In this document: positions 27,421-36,331 of the stretch, one piece after another
Layout: each line of letters opens with the position of its first letter
Numbering within the stretch: the stretch's first letter is position 1
Origin: Tepidisphaera sp.
Lineage (GTDB): Bacteria; Planctomycetota; Phycisphaerae; Phycisphaerales; UBA1924
Direction of reading: 5' to 3'
DNA length: 64,000 bases
Assembly: GCA_050916045.1 (NCBI GenBank)
Contig: CP051526.1
Location: 864,001 to 928,000 of the forward strand
The notes under the pieces: model-generated
Seen by the model: only the letters and a program-made list of their open reading frames with translations
The model's database searches: none
What the model was told of the DNA's origin: nothing
Translations under genes and position numbers: made by a program

Positions 27421-27885
27421 TCAGGGCTTGTTCTGGCCCGGGGTGATCTGGCCGAACTTGCCGTCGCCGTCGGTGTCGTCATCGTCGTTGGGGTCGTTGT
27501 TGAAGTTGGTGGCGCAGAGCGTCTCGGCGGTGCCGTTGCCGTCGACGTCGGCGTAGTACCAGCCGTCCGTGGCGGGGTCGGTGCCGACCGAGGACATGCC
27601 GTTGAAGGGGTTGCGGGGCGCGGTCTTGATGTAGCCGCCCGCGATCATGAGGTCCCAAGCCGTGGCGCCGCCGGAGACGAAGTCGGTCGGGAGAACGTTC
27701 GTGCGGGCGCGGTAGAGCTCAAGCTGGTTGTTGAGCGTGTCGAGCTGGGCTTTGATGTTGCCGGCCTGAGCGTCCTGCGTGGCGTTGGTGAACTGGGGCA
27801 CCACGATCGCCGCGAGAATGCCAAGGATCACGACGACGATCAGAATTTCGACCAGCGTGAAGGCCTTACGAACTTGATTACGCAT
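27421..27885 (-). CDS. Prepilin-type (GspG/PilA-like) protein, probable major subunit
   Basis: KAFTLVEILIVVVILGILAAIVVPQF, PRNPFNG, GWYY; strong SD and a hairpin downstream (27334-27366). Confidence 0.9.
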   Translation of the reverse strand: MRNQVRKAFTLVEILIVVVILGILAAIVVPQFTNATQDAQAGNIKAQLDTLNNQLELYRARTNVLPTDFVSGGATAWDLMIAGGYIKTAPRNPFNGMSSVGTDPATDGWYYADVDGNGTAETLCATNFNNDPNDDDDTDGDGKFGQITPGQNKP

Positions 27886-28112
27886 ACCGATTCACTCCTG
27901 AGATCCGGCCCAAAGGTCTCGGGCCACCAATTCCTTCGGGCTCGGCACGGGTCACACACCCGCGGCCTGGTCCGACACACATCGGCCCGTGAGCCTGAAT
28001 GCGATCGACGCCGTCCTTGACGCCGACCACCTCCTCGTGTCGCGCACCGGGCCGTCCGTGGCTCGGGTCGCGCTTCGTCGGGGCTTTCACCCGACATTGA
28101 CTCTCCCATTCG

Positions 28113-28138
28113 ATCGGCGGTTACGCCCGTGGACTTTG
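28113..28138 (-). promoter_or_regulatory. sigma28-like promoter upstream of the pilin cluster
   Basis: CAAAG-N15-GCCGAT. Confidence 0.55.
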
Positions 28139-28215
28139 CTTGGTCATTCGCTTCTGTGGTCGTTTCGTCGCGTGTTTGCCGCCTTTGCGGCCCGCGGTCG
28201 CGCGCCGGCGTGCTT

Positions 28216-29460
28216 TCAGGCCGCCGCCGCGCCCGACGACGCCGTTCTCGGGCGTGCCGCGACGGCGATCGCCGTCACGTCGTCCACCCGGTGCAGGCTG
28301 CACATCTGGCCGTCGAGCAGTTCCTCGAGCTGTCGGATGGACTGCGAGAGGTTCGGCTTGCCCTCCGCGTCGTGCCGCGCGAGCTGGCCCAGGTGCGCGA
28401 GATACGTGTTGGTCGCTTGCTTGAGGCCGGACTTTCCTTCTTCGGGGAAAGCGACCTCAAAGCCGTCGGAATAGAGCAGCAGCGTGCGGTCGGCGGCGAG
28501 GGTGAAACGGACCTGCGGGAACTGGGCGTCGGCGAAGACGCCCAGCAGCGGCCCTTCCATCTCGATCCGGTCAAAGCCGCCTTTCTCGTCGATCACCAGA
28601 GGCGGCGGGTGCCCGGCGCCCGCGATGACGACTTCGCGCGTGCGGGCGTCGATGGTCCCATATACCGCCGTGGCGAAGCGCTGCGGGCCTTCGGGCTGCA
28701 GGCAGAGCTCGTCGTTGATGCGTGCGAGCGCGTCGCTGGGCTGCACGGGCCTCCAGTCGTGCCCGATCTTCTCGCGCGTGACAAGCGCGCGGAGCACGAC
28801 CATGGTGAGAAGCGCGGCGGGGACGCCGTGGCCGACGACGTCGGCGATGAAGAACGCCCACAGGTCCTCGTCGACCTGACGGATGTCGAAGATGTCACCC
28901 GAAACGTACCCGACGGGGCGGAAAATCGTCGCGAATTCAAGCCCGTCGGGCGTGGGGAGTTGCCGCGGGATGAACTGACGCTGGACGCGAGAAGCGAGGT
29001 TGAGCTCCTCGTGGATTCGGTCCATCTCGCCGCAGAGGCCGCCCTGGGCCGCGTGCGAAATGCGGAGGTCGCGTGTGAGCTCCTGCACCGCGCTCTGGCG
29101 TTCGAGGAGAGCGTAGAGCATCGTCGCGACGGTGCGCGGGTCGGCGTCGTGAGGCTCGACGAGCACGCCGTCTCGCTGGATCCTGGGGCGGAGGGACTCC
29201 GCGCCGTCGCAGAGGAGCACGCCGGGAAGGTGCTTTTCCGTAAGCCGGTCGGCGACGTCGCGTACGTCGGCGGTGGAGGTATTGGGGTGGAGGATCGCCA
29301 GGACGACTCCCGCATCGTGCGGCATGTCGCGGACGTGGGCGATGGTCTGGATGCGAGGGAGCGCTGAAGCGGGCCATGCGCTCAGCACGGGCTCGAGCCA
29401 GCGGGGGATTGACTCTCGGAGTCCGGGTCCGGAAATGAAGATCAGCGTGCGGTCCGGCAT
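28216..29460 (-). CDS. SpoIIE/RsbU-type PP2C phosphatase
   Basis: ELNLASRVQRQFIP, VSGDIFD, IADVVGHGVPAAL, AGHPPP, LYSDG, DDVT. Confidence 0.92.
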   Translation of the reverse strand: MPDRTLIFISGPGLRESIPRWLEPVLSAWPASALPRIQTIAHVRDMPHDAGVVLAILHPNTSTADVRDVADRLTEKHLPGVLLCDGAESLRPRIQRDGVLVEPHDADPRTVATMLYALLERQSAVQELTRDLRISHAAQGGLCGEMDRIHEELNLASRVQRQFIPRQLPTPDGLEFATIFRPVGYVSGDIFDIRQVDEDLWAFFIADVVGHGVPAALLTMVVLRALVTREKIGHDWRPVQPSDALARINDELCLQPEGPQRFATAVYGTIDARTREVVIAGAGHPPPLVIDEKGGFDRIEMEGPLLGVFADAQFPQVRFTLAADRTLLLYSDGFEVAFPEEGKSGLKQATNTYLAHLGQLARHDAEGKPNLSQSIRQLEELLDGQMCSLHRVDDVTAIAVAARPRTASSGAAAA

Positions 29461-29537
29461 CCGACTCCCTCGAGCGCCGGATCTCCGCGGTCCCCGACGG
29501 GGAAGTGCGGGAATCTCGTTCCGGCGTGTTCAGGGGG

Positions 29538-29563
29538 ATCGGCGATTCGGGCGGCCGGCTTGA
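29538..29563 (-). promoter_or_regulatory. sigma28-like promoter upstream of the PP2C phosphatase
   Basis: TCAAG-N15-GCCGAT. Confidence 0.55.
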
Positions 29564-29573
29564 CGGCGGCCGG

Positions 29574-30128
29574 TCAGCGGCTCCATTTCCTCAGGTCGGG
29601 GTCGAGCTCGATCTTCTGGCCTTCCTTGATGTTGAGCTGCTTGAGCGTGCCGCCCTTGAATTCAAGGACGTACTGGGCGGGGAACTTGCTGTGGTAGCGG
29701 GCGAGGCGGGCTTCGTACTGTTCGTTGGTGCCGTTGATGCCGTTCACTTTCTCGGCTTCGGAGCGCGGGGTTTCCGGAACCATCTCGTGCTGGGCGGTGA
29801 CCTTCATCATGGAATCGAGGAAGACGATGTCGATGGGCACCGGGCAGTCGCGCATGACGAAGTAGCGTTCCTGGGCGGTCGGAAAGACGAAGACCATGCC
29901 TCCGTCGGCGGGGATATCGGTCCTTCCGGAAAGCCCCTGGAACTGCTTGGTGGGCGTCAGGGCGGTCTCGAGCGTGAAGGTCTTGCCGTTGATGGCGACC
30001 TTGGTTTCCTTGGGGGCCTGGCGGGCGCCGGACGAAGATGCGGGCTTCTGCTCGCAGCCGGCGGTGTGGGAGGCGGCGATGACGCCGGCGACGGTGAGCG
30101 CACGAAGGACGAGAATCATCCAGGTCAT
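29574..30128 (-). CDS. DUF192 family lipoprotein
   Basis: GLSGR, GMVFVF, FVMRDCPVPIDIVFLD, YVLEF; lipobox TAGC. Confidence 0.85.
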   Translation of the reverse strand: MTWMILVLRALTVAGVIAASHTAGCEQKPASSSGARQAPKETKVAINGKTFTLETALTPTKQFQGLSGRTDIPADGGMVFVFPTAQERYFVMRDCPVPIDIVFLDSMMKVTAQHEMVPETPRSEAEKVNGINGTNEQYEARLARYHSKFPAQYVLEFKGGTLKQLNIKEGQKIELDPDLRKWSR

Positions 30129-30148
30129 GTTGCCTCCGGTTGAGCCCG

Positions 30149-31150
30149 TTACCGATCGAGTAGCCATGCATCGTCCTCCGCGGTGAAGGTCACCGCATGC
30201 TTGGGGATGGTATCGAGGCTAAACCGGCCGAGGAACTCCGAAGCCGGCATCGGGGAGCGGCGGGGTGTGAAGCCCGACCAGTACGCGAGCAGGCCGATGA
30301 GACGCTCGGGCGTAACGCCGCGGCGGGCGTAGGTCTCCACGCGCGTGTCGCCGTGCCGCTTGGCGAGGCGGCGGCCGTCGGTGCCGAGCACCAGCGGGAG
30401 GTGGCAGTATTCGGGGATGGGCCCAAAGCCCAGCGCGCGATAGAGCAGCATCTGGCGGGCGGCGGAGTCGAGGAGGTCGTCTCCGCGGACCACGTGCGTC
30501 ACCCGCTGGCGGTGGTCGTCGACGACGACCGCGAGCTGGTAGGAGGGCGTGCCGCGCTTGGTCCAGACGACAAAGTCGCCGACGATGGCAGAGATGTCGA
30601 AAGCTCGCCGGCCCGCGAATCGGTCATCGAACGCGGTCGGTCCGGGCTCGACGACGAGGCGCCAGTTCGTCTCTGCGTGGGCGTCGTCGAAGATGAGCGG
30701 GCGGTCGGCGAGCGGGGGACGAAGGTCGGCGGGGAAGGGGATGTCGTGGGCGCCCTCCTGGGGGGCGGAAGCGGCGAGAGAAGCCGCAGCGTCGTCGATC
30801 TCGGAGCGCGAGTGGGCGGAGGGGTAGACCAGGCTCTTGGCCGCGAGAGCGTCCATCGCGGAGCGGTGGTGTTCGAGGTCGGTGGATTGGATGATGGGTC
30901 CAGTATCCCAGTCGATGCCGAGCCATTCGAGTGTGCGGAGGGTGCTTTCGATCGTGGCGGGCTTGACGCGAGGGGTGTCGAGATCCTCGATGCGGAGGAC
31001 GATTTTCCAGCCTCGGGAGCGGGCGAGGGCCCAGGTCAGGAGGAAGGTCCGGGCGTTTCCGAGGTGAAGAGCTCCGGTGGGCGAGGGCGCAAGGCGGGTG
31101 GTGGGAGTTAGTGCCCGTAAACTTCCGGAGGTGGAGCTTTCGGCGTGCAT
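30149..31150 (-). CDS. gluQ: Glutamyl-Q tRNA(Asp) synthetase
   Basis: RLAPSPTGALHLGN, YQLAVVVDD, VVRGDDLL, RLAKR; lacks the anticodon-binding domain. Confidence 0.88.
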   Translation of the reverse strand: MHAESSTSGSLRALTPTTRLAPSPTGALHLGNARTFLLTWALARSRGWKIVLRIEDLDTPRVKPATIESTLRTLEWLGIDWDTGPIIQSTDLEHHRSAMDALAAKSLVYPSAHSRSEIDDAAASLAASAPQEGAHDIPFPADLRPPLADRPLIFDDAHAETNWRLVVEPGPTAFDDRFAGRRAFDISAIVGDFVVWTKRGTPSYQLAVVVDDHRQRVTHVVRGDDLLDSAARQMLLYRALGFGPIPEYCHLPLVLGTDGRRLAKRHGDTRVETYARRGVTPERLIGLLAYWSGFTPRRSPMPASEFLGRFSLDTIPKHAVTFTAEDDAWLLDR

Positions 31151-31256
31151 CGAGGTGCAACGGTACACTGTGGGCGTCGCCGATCATGGCGGCGGCCGTC
31201 GCCCGGAGTTGTGGGCTTGGGGCCGTCCGTCCGGATCCTTCGGAGTCGTACCCGAC

Positions 31257-31622
31257 ATGGCCAAGCTGCCTGAGAAGGGTTCCAAGACGGCCGCGGTGGC
31301 TTCGGCGGGGTCCGCCGTCGCTCCAGCGGCAAAGATGGAAGAGTCGCAGGTGCAATCGGCGCTGGTGGGCGTGCCGGAGTGGTCGGAGCTTGGCGACACC
31401 ATTCAGCGGACGTATCAGTTCAAGAACTTCGTGGAGTCGATGGCGTTTGTGCAGCATGTCGCGGCGCTTGCGGAAGCGGACCAGCACCATCCGGACATCC
31501 TGATCCGGTACAACAAGGTGACGCTGACGCTGAGCACGCACGACAGCGGCGGGATCACCCGGAAGGATTTCGACGCGGCGCGGAAGTACGACGGAAAGTT
31601 CGAATTGGCGGTGAAGAAATGA
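31257..31622 (+). CDS. phhB: Pterin-4-alpha-carbinolamine dehydratase
   Basis: FKNFVES, AEADQHHPDI, LSTHDSGGIT. Confidence 0.9.
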   Translation: MAKLPEKGSKTAAVASAGSAVAPAAKMEESQVQSALVGVPEWSELGDTIQRTYQFKNFVESMAFVQHVAALAEADQHHPDILIRYNKVTLTLSTHDSGGITRKDFDAARKYDGKFELAVKK

Positions 31623-32014
31623 AGCCAGGGACGCGGGCCACGGTGACGGTGGGCGCCGCGCTCGCGGCTTGGTGTCTGCTCGCCGGGGTGGGCGGGTGTC
31701 TGGCGACGTCCGAGCCCGGGCTTTCGTCGCGGGATCCGGCGGAGCGCGTGGATGCGATGATCGATGCGGCAGCCACGCGGGACCGTCGGGCGATTCCGGG
31801 GCTCATCGAGCGTCTGGACAGCCAGGACGGTGGCGAGCGGCTGCTTGCGATCACCGCGCTCAAGAGAATCACGGGGGAGACGCAGGGGTACGAGCATGCG
31901 GGCCCGCCGGCGGAGCGGGACGCGGCGGTGGCGCGGTGGCGGACATGGGAGCAAGAGCAGCGGGCGACCCCGAGCGCGGGTGCCGCGACGAAGGACGGGG
32001 TGAACAACCAATGA
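31619..32014 (+). CDS. HEAT-repeat lipoprotein
   Basis: Lipobox VGGC; AIPGLIERLD, ALKRITGETQGY; ATGA overlaps at both ends. Confidence 0.7.
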   Translation: MKPGTRATVTVGAALAAWCLLAGVGGCLATSEPGLSSRDPAERVDAMIDAAATRDRRAIPGLIERLDSQDGGERLLAITALKRITGETQGYEHAGPPAERDAAVARWRTWEQEQRATPSAGAATKDGVNNQ

Positions 32015-32550
32015 GCCAGGCACCGAGTTCCAGTTCATCCCCCGCGGGCCACCCGCCGCACATCCTGATCGAGTTGCGCTCGCATCCGCAATACCTGAGC
32101 GGCGTTCGCGAGATGCTTTCGTCGGTGACCAAGCGGCTTGGGTTTTCGGATACACAGTGCTCACAGGTCGCGCTGGCGGTGGATGAGGCGTTGTGCAACG
32201 TGATGCGTCACGGGTACAAGCGGCGGACGGACCAGCCGATCTGGGTCAAGGTCTGGCCGCTTGATGCGGGGGGGTCGGAAGCGGCGGAGGGGGCTGAAGC
32301 GTCGGCGATCCGGATCGTGATCGAGGATCAGGCCGAGCAGGTCGACCCTTCGGCGATCCGGAGCCGGAACCTTGATGAGATCCGCCCGGGCGGCTTGGGC
32401 GTGCACATCATCAAGGAAGTGATGGACGAAGCGACGTACGAGAAGCGCGACGGCGGCGTCGGGATGCGTCTGACGATGGTCAAGAAGCGAGTATCGGACA
32501 AGGCTTCGGGAGCGAACGACGGCGGTCTTCGCGGGAGTAGCGTGGCATGA
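32011..32550 (+). CDS. RsbW/SpoIIAB-like anti-sigma Ser/Thr kinase (HATPase_c_2)
   Basis: LAVDEALCNVMRHGY, GGLGVHIIKEVMD. Confidence 0.88.
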   Translation: MSQAPSSSSSPAGHPPHILIELRSHPQYLSGVREMLSSVTKRLGFSDTQCSQVALAVDEALCNVMRHGYKRRTDQPIWVKVWPLDAGGSEAAEGAEASAIRIVIEDQAEQVDPSAIRSRNLDEIRPGGLGVHIIKEVMDEATYEKRDGGVGMRLTMVKKRVSDKASGANDGGLRGSSVA

Positions 32551-32894
32551 GCAGCGGACTGTCCAAAGTGGATTACACGGAGAGCGGCGGAACGGCCGTC
32601 GTGACTCCGTACGGCGAGATCGGGTACGCCGAAGCGACTTCGTTCCGGACGTACCTCAAGCAGGCGCAGGACAAGCGGACGCCGCGGCTGCTTGTCGATC
32701 TGTCCAACGTCGGGTTTATGAGCACCCCCGGGCTTGCGACTCTGGTGGAAGCTCTGCAGACGAGCAAGAAGACGCAGACGGCGCTCATTCTCTGCGGGCT
32801 TCAGGATCGGGTCCGGGCGGTCTTTGAGATGTCCCGGCTCCATACGGTCTTTAAAATCGTTCCCAATCTGGCGGCGGCGACGGCGGCGGTCTGA
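32547..32894 (+). CDS. STAS-domain anti-sigma antagonist (RsbV/SpoIIAA-like)
   Basis: GEIG, VDLSNVGFMSTPGLATLV, VRAVFEMSRL. Confidence 0.85.
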   Translation: MSSGLSKVDYTESGGTAVVTPYGEIGYAEATSFRTYLKQAQDKRTPRLLVDLSNVGFMSTPGLATLVEALQTSKKTQTALILCGLQDRVRAVFEMSRLHTVFKIVPNLAAATAAV

Positions 32895-32921
32895 AGCCGG
32901 CGGATCCGCTAGGATGGCGTG

Positions 32922-33779
32922 ATGTCGGCGAACGTCTTTCAGGATGAGCCCGAACAACCCAGGCGGCCTTGGTTCGTCGTGCAATTCCTGGAAGCCGTGG
33001 GATCGCTGGCGTTCAGCACGCTTGACCATCTGGGAAGCCTGATGCGGCTTTTGGCCGAAACGATCTGGTGGATCGTGCGGTCGTTTTTCCCGGGCGGGGC
33101 GCGGATCGGCCGTCAGGCGATCATTTCGCAGATTGTGCGCGTCGGCGTGCGGTCGGTGGGCATCGTGTCGCTGGTTTCGGCGTGCGTGGGGTTGATCCTG
33201 GCGTTCCAGCTTGCTCCGCCGCTTGACGATTTCGGCAAACGCGACCTGATCGCGAACATCATCGGCGTGGCGATCACGCGCGAGCTTGGTCCGCTGATCG
33301 GGGCGATCGTGCTGACGGGTTTCGCCGGGGCGTCGATCGCGGCGGAGATCGGCACGATGGTGGTGAGCGAAGAGGTGGAAGCCCTGGAAGCCCACGCGCT
33401 GAACCCGGTGCGGTTCCTCGTTGTGCCGCGCGTGCTTGCGAGCGTGCTTGCGATGACGGTGCTGGGGACGGTGTCGACGGCGATGGCTCTTTCGGCGGCG
33501 GCGGTGATTTCGGCGATCGGCTTGGGCGTGCCGTGGGAGAGCTTCAAGACGGGGCTTCTGGACCAGGTGAAGTTCGTCGACTACATCACGGGCGTGGCGA
33601 AGTCGTCGGTTTTCGGGCTGTTGATCGGTGTGATCGCGTGTGCGAACGGGCTGAAGGTCTCGGGGGGCGCGGCGGGCGTCGGTCGGGCGACGACCTCGAC
33701 GGTCGTGCAGTGCGTGGTGGCGATCGTGCTGGCGGACTTGATGTTCACCGCGATCTTCTACGCTTTGCGGCTGTTCTGA
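32922..33779 (+). CDS. mlaE: MlaE-family ABC transporter permease
   Basis: RELGPLIGAIVLTG, AAEIGTMVVSEEVEAL, LVVPR, GVGRATT. Confidence 0.9.
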   Translation: MSANVFQDEPEQPRRPWFVVQFLEAVGSLAFSTLDHLGSLMRLLAETIWWIVRSFFPGGARIGRQAIISQIVRVGVRSVGIVSLVSACVGLILAFQLAPPLDDFGKRDLIANIIGVAITRELGPLIGAIVLTGFAGASIAAEIGTMVVSEEVEALEAHALNPVRFLVVPRVLASVLAMTVLGTVSTAMALSAAAVISAIGLGVPWESFKTGLLDQVKFVDYITGVAKSSVFGLLIGVIACANGLKVSGGAAGVGRATTSTVVQCVVAIVLADLMFTAIFYALRLF

Positions 33780-33840
33780 GCGGAAGTCAGGGAGTCAGAA
33801 CGTCACGAAGTCACAGAGTGGGTTCGTGATTCGGACGTCA

Positions 33841-34638
33841 TCATTCGCCGTCGGGCAGCTTGAGCTTGAGGATCGTGAGGGCCTGCTTGAGGTCCTTGGG
33901 GAACGGGCTTTTGACGTCGATGGTTTCGCCGGTGACGGGGTGCGTGAAGACGATGCGGTGCGAGTGGAGCGCGAGGCGTGGAGCGATGCCGCGGGTCTGG
34001 GCGGGGGCGTAGAAGCCGTCGCTCAAGATCGGGCAGCCGATGGCGTCGAGGTGGACGCGGACCTGGTGCAAGCGGCCGGTGACGGGGCGGGCTTCGATGA
34101 GGGCGCCGAGGTTGTTGGCGTCGAGCACGCGGTAGGCGGTGAGAGCGGGCTTGCCGGCGGCGGAGATGCGGGCGATCTTGACGTTGCGGCTTTCGTAGAG
34201 GTCGCCCTGGGCGAAGCCGACGGTCTCAAGGATGGATTTCTTGATGACGCCGGAATCGTGCTTGGGGCGGCGTGAGCAGATGGCCCAGTAGAACTTCTTG
34301 ACGGTGCGGGCTTCGAACTGATCGCGGAGGCCGTCGTAGGCTTCGCGCGAGAGAGCGGCGACGAGAAGGCCGCTGGTTTCGCGGTCGAGGCGGTGGAGAA
34401 GGCCGTAGTCTCGGACCTCGCCGAGCTTTTGCAAGCGGATGCCCCAGGGTGTGGACTTGCCGGTGGCTTTGTCCTCGGAGCTTCCGGCGAAGAGGCCGTT
34501 GAGGAGGGAATCGGTGAGGTGCCCCTTGCCGGGCTGGGTGACCAGACCGTGCGGCTTGTCGAGCACGAGGACGTGCTCGTCCTGGTGGCGGATTTTGAAG
34601 CGGACCTTGGGATTGGGCTCGATGGAGAACTGGGGCAC
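33841..34638 (-). CDS. RluA/RluD-family RNA pseudouridine synthase
   Basis: DKPHGL, HRLDRETSG, TGRLHQVRVHL, ALHS. Confidence 0.92.
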   Translation of the reverse strand: MPQFSIEPNPKVRFKIRHQDEHVLVLDKPHGLVTQPGKGHLTDSLLNGLFAGSSEDKATGKSTPWGIRLQKLGEVRDYGLLHRLDRETSGLLVAALSREAYDGLRDQFEARTVKKFYWAICSRRPKHDSGVIKKSILETVGFAQGDLYESRNVKIARISAAGKPALTAYRVLDANNLGALIEARPVTGRLHQVRVHLDAIGCPILSDGFYAPAQTRGIAPRLALHSHRIVFTHPVTGETIDVKSPFPKDLKQALTILKLKLPDGE

Positions 34639-34700
34639 GGGGGAGGGTAGGGGAGACGGAGGGCCAGATTTTCAGATGGCCAGAGGACCAAGGAAGAGAG

Positions 34701-35426
34701 CTACTTCGTGCCCGCGCTCGGGCTCGCGCACTCGGGGCAAGGGGAATCGGGTGCGAGTCCGGTGCGTTGGTATCCGCAGCCCGGGCAGAGGCTTCGGCGG
34801 ACGCGTCGGCGGCGGATCGTGGCTTTGATGGCGAATGCGGCGAAGAGGTAGAGGCCGGCGTAGAAGACGGTGTTGGCGGCGAGGCCGGGGAGGGGGCGGA
34901 TGGGGATGAAGCGTTCGTAAAGGGCGGCTTCTCGGCGCATTTCAGGCGGAACGCCGATGCTGCCGCGAAATTCGGGCGGGCTCTTCCACAGACCGCGACT
35001 GATTCCGGTCAGACAGTGCATCGGCCAGCCGGCGCGGACTTCGTTGACCATGTACATCCCAGCGCTGACCTGATCTCCGATGTCCAGGTACTGGAGTTGA
35101 ATGTGGTCAAGCCCAACGCCGTGAAACGCGTAGCAAGTAACGTCCTTGCGAATGACCGTCGACCGCTGTGGGCGCTCGGCCCAAGCGGGGTTGATGCGTG
35201 CTTCAAACGATGTCGCCAAGCGGTCCGCTTCGGGGAACGGGCGATGGGTCTCGGAGAGGATTGATTCCCTGGGCTTCCAGGTGTCGCCTTCTCGCGTGAA
35301 ACGGGCAAACTCGACAGCGTTGGACCTGTAGTCGAAAGTTGACGTCAAGGCGGCAATCGCGGCGACGGCGATGGATGTCAGCAAGCCAGCGCCGCACGAC
35401 AGCAACAAGGTCCGCGAACGGCTCAT
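34701..35426 (-). CDS. Membrane protein with a C-terminal CxxC-CxxC zinc ribbon
   Basis: N-terminal TM, AGWP, PGLAANT-TM, RRRRVRRSLCPGCGY...CPEC. Confidence 0.7.
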   Translation of the reverse strand: MSRSRTLLLSCGAGLLTSIAVAAIAALTSTFDYRSNAVEFARFTREGDTWKPRESILSETHRPFPEADRLATSFEARINPAWAERPQRSTVIRKDVTCYAFHGVGLDHIQLQYLDIGDQVSAGMYMVNEVRAGWPMHCLTGISRGLWKSPPEFRGSIGVPPEMRREAALYERFIPIRPLPGLAANTVFYAGLYLFAAFAIKATIRRRRVRRSLCPGCGYQRTGLAPDSPCPECASPSAGTK

Positions 35427-36268
35427 TCCATGCTCGCGGCGTCGAGGTACCAGCGGAGTTCGCCGGCGTGGGGGCGGAGGCGGAGCCCGAGGGGCATTTC
35501 GCCCGAGGGGGTCTTGCGTTCCACGGGGGGCGTCGCTCGCCATTGATCGGAGAGCTCGCGAGCGGCTTTCTGGCCGACGCCGATGACCGCGAGGAAGCGG
35601 GCGGCGTTGAGGAGGTCCATGGTCATCATGGAACCCAGGCCGTGCGGGGCTTGCATGATGAGCGTGCCGGGCGGGCTTGCGAGCACGGGGCGGACGAGGG
35701 GTGAAGCGGGGTCGAGGGAGAGGATGACGTGATCGAGGCGGTCGTGGCCGCGTTCGCGCCAGCCGAGGGTTTCGCGGAGGGTCGCTTCATACATCGCGAG
35801 GGTGGACTCATCGCCGGGGTACGAGGGCGGGAGCGGGTGGAACTGCTCGAGCGGAAGGTCGGAATGCTCGACGAGCAGGCCCTTGATGGATTCGCTTCCG
35901 TGGATCTCGTGCTCAGTGTCGGAGATCCAGAGGTGGGTGCGCTTCCAAGGGAGGTCGCGCATCTGCGGGTCCCACATGAGGCGGGCGAGGAAGGGCTCGG
36001 CGGCGGCGGTAGCGGTGACGGCGAGGTGGAAGTCGCCGAAGGTGCGGACGCAGTTGTTGGCTTGGATGAGGAGGTCGGCGCAGGCGGCGTCGTAGACCTC
36101 GTCGGGGGTGGCCCGGAGCACGACGCCGCCGCCGGGCAGGGTGGGGCGGAGGTGGGCGGTCGCGAGCGGCTCCAGACCGATCAAGTCGGGCTCGGGCGGG
36201 GAGGGGGGCGAGGGCGGAGATGGGGGTTGGTCGGCGGGTGTGGTCAAGTTGCTACCGTTGACCATCAT
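35423..36268 (-). CDS. 6-phosphogluconolactonase-like protein (degenerate motifs; start uncertain)
   Basis: FGDFHLAV, LPWKRTHLW, QFHP, LDHVIL, LNAARFLAV, WYLDAA. Confidence 0.7.
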   Translation of the reverse strand: MMVNGSNLTTPADQPPSPPSPPSPPEPDLIGLEPLATAHLRPTLPGGGVVLRATPDEVYDAACADLLIQANNCVRTFGDFHLAVTATAAAEPFLARLMWDPQMRDLPWKRTHLWISDTEHEIHGSESIKGLLVEHSDLPLEQFHPLPPSYPGDESTLAMYEATLRETLGWRERGHDRLDHVILSLDPASPLVRPVLASPPGTLIMQAPHGLGSMMTMDLLNAARFLAVIGVGQKAARELSDQWRATPPVERKTPSGEMPLGLRLRPHAGELRWYLDAASME

Positions 36269-36331
36269 ATGGAAATCGGGCCTGAAACGCGCGCGTCGCA
36301 GAGCCCGCCGCCGAGGAGCGTGCGGGAGGGG

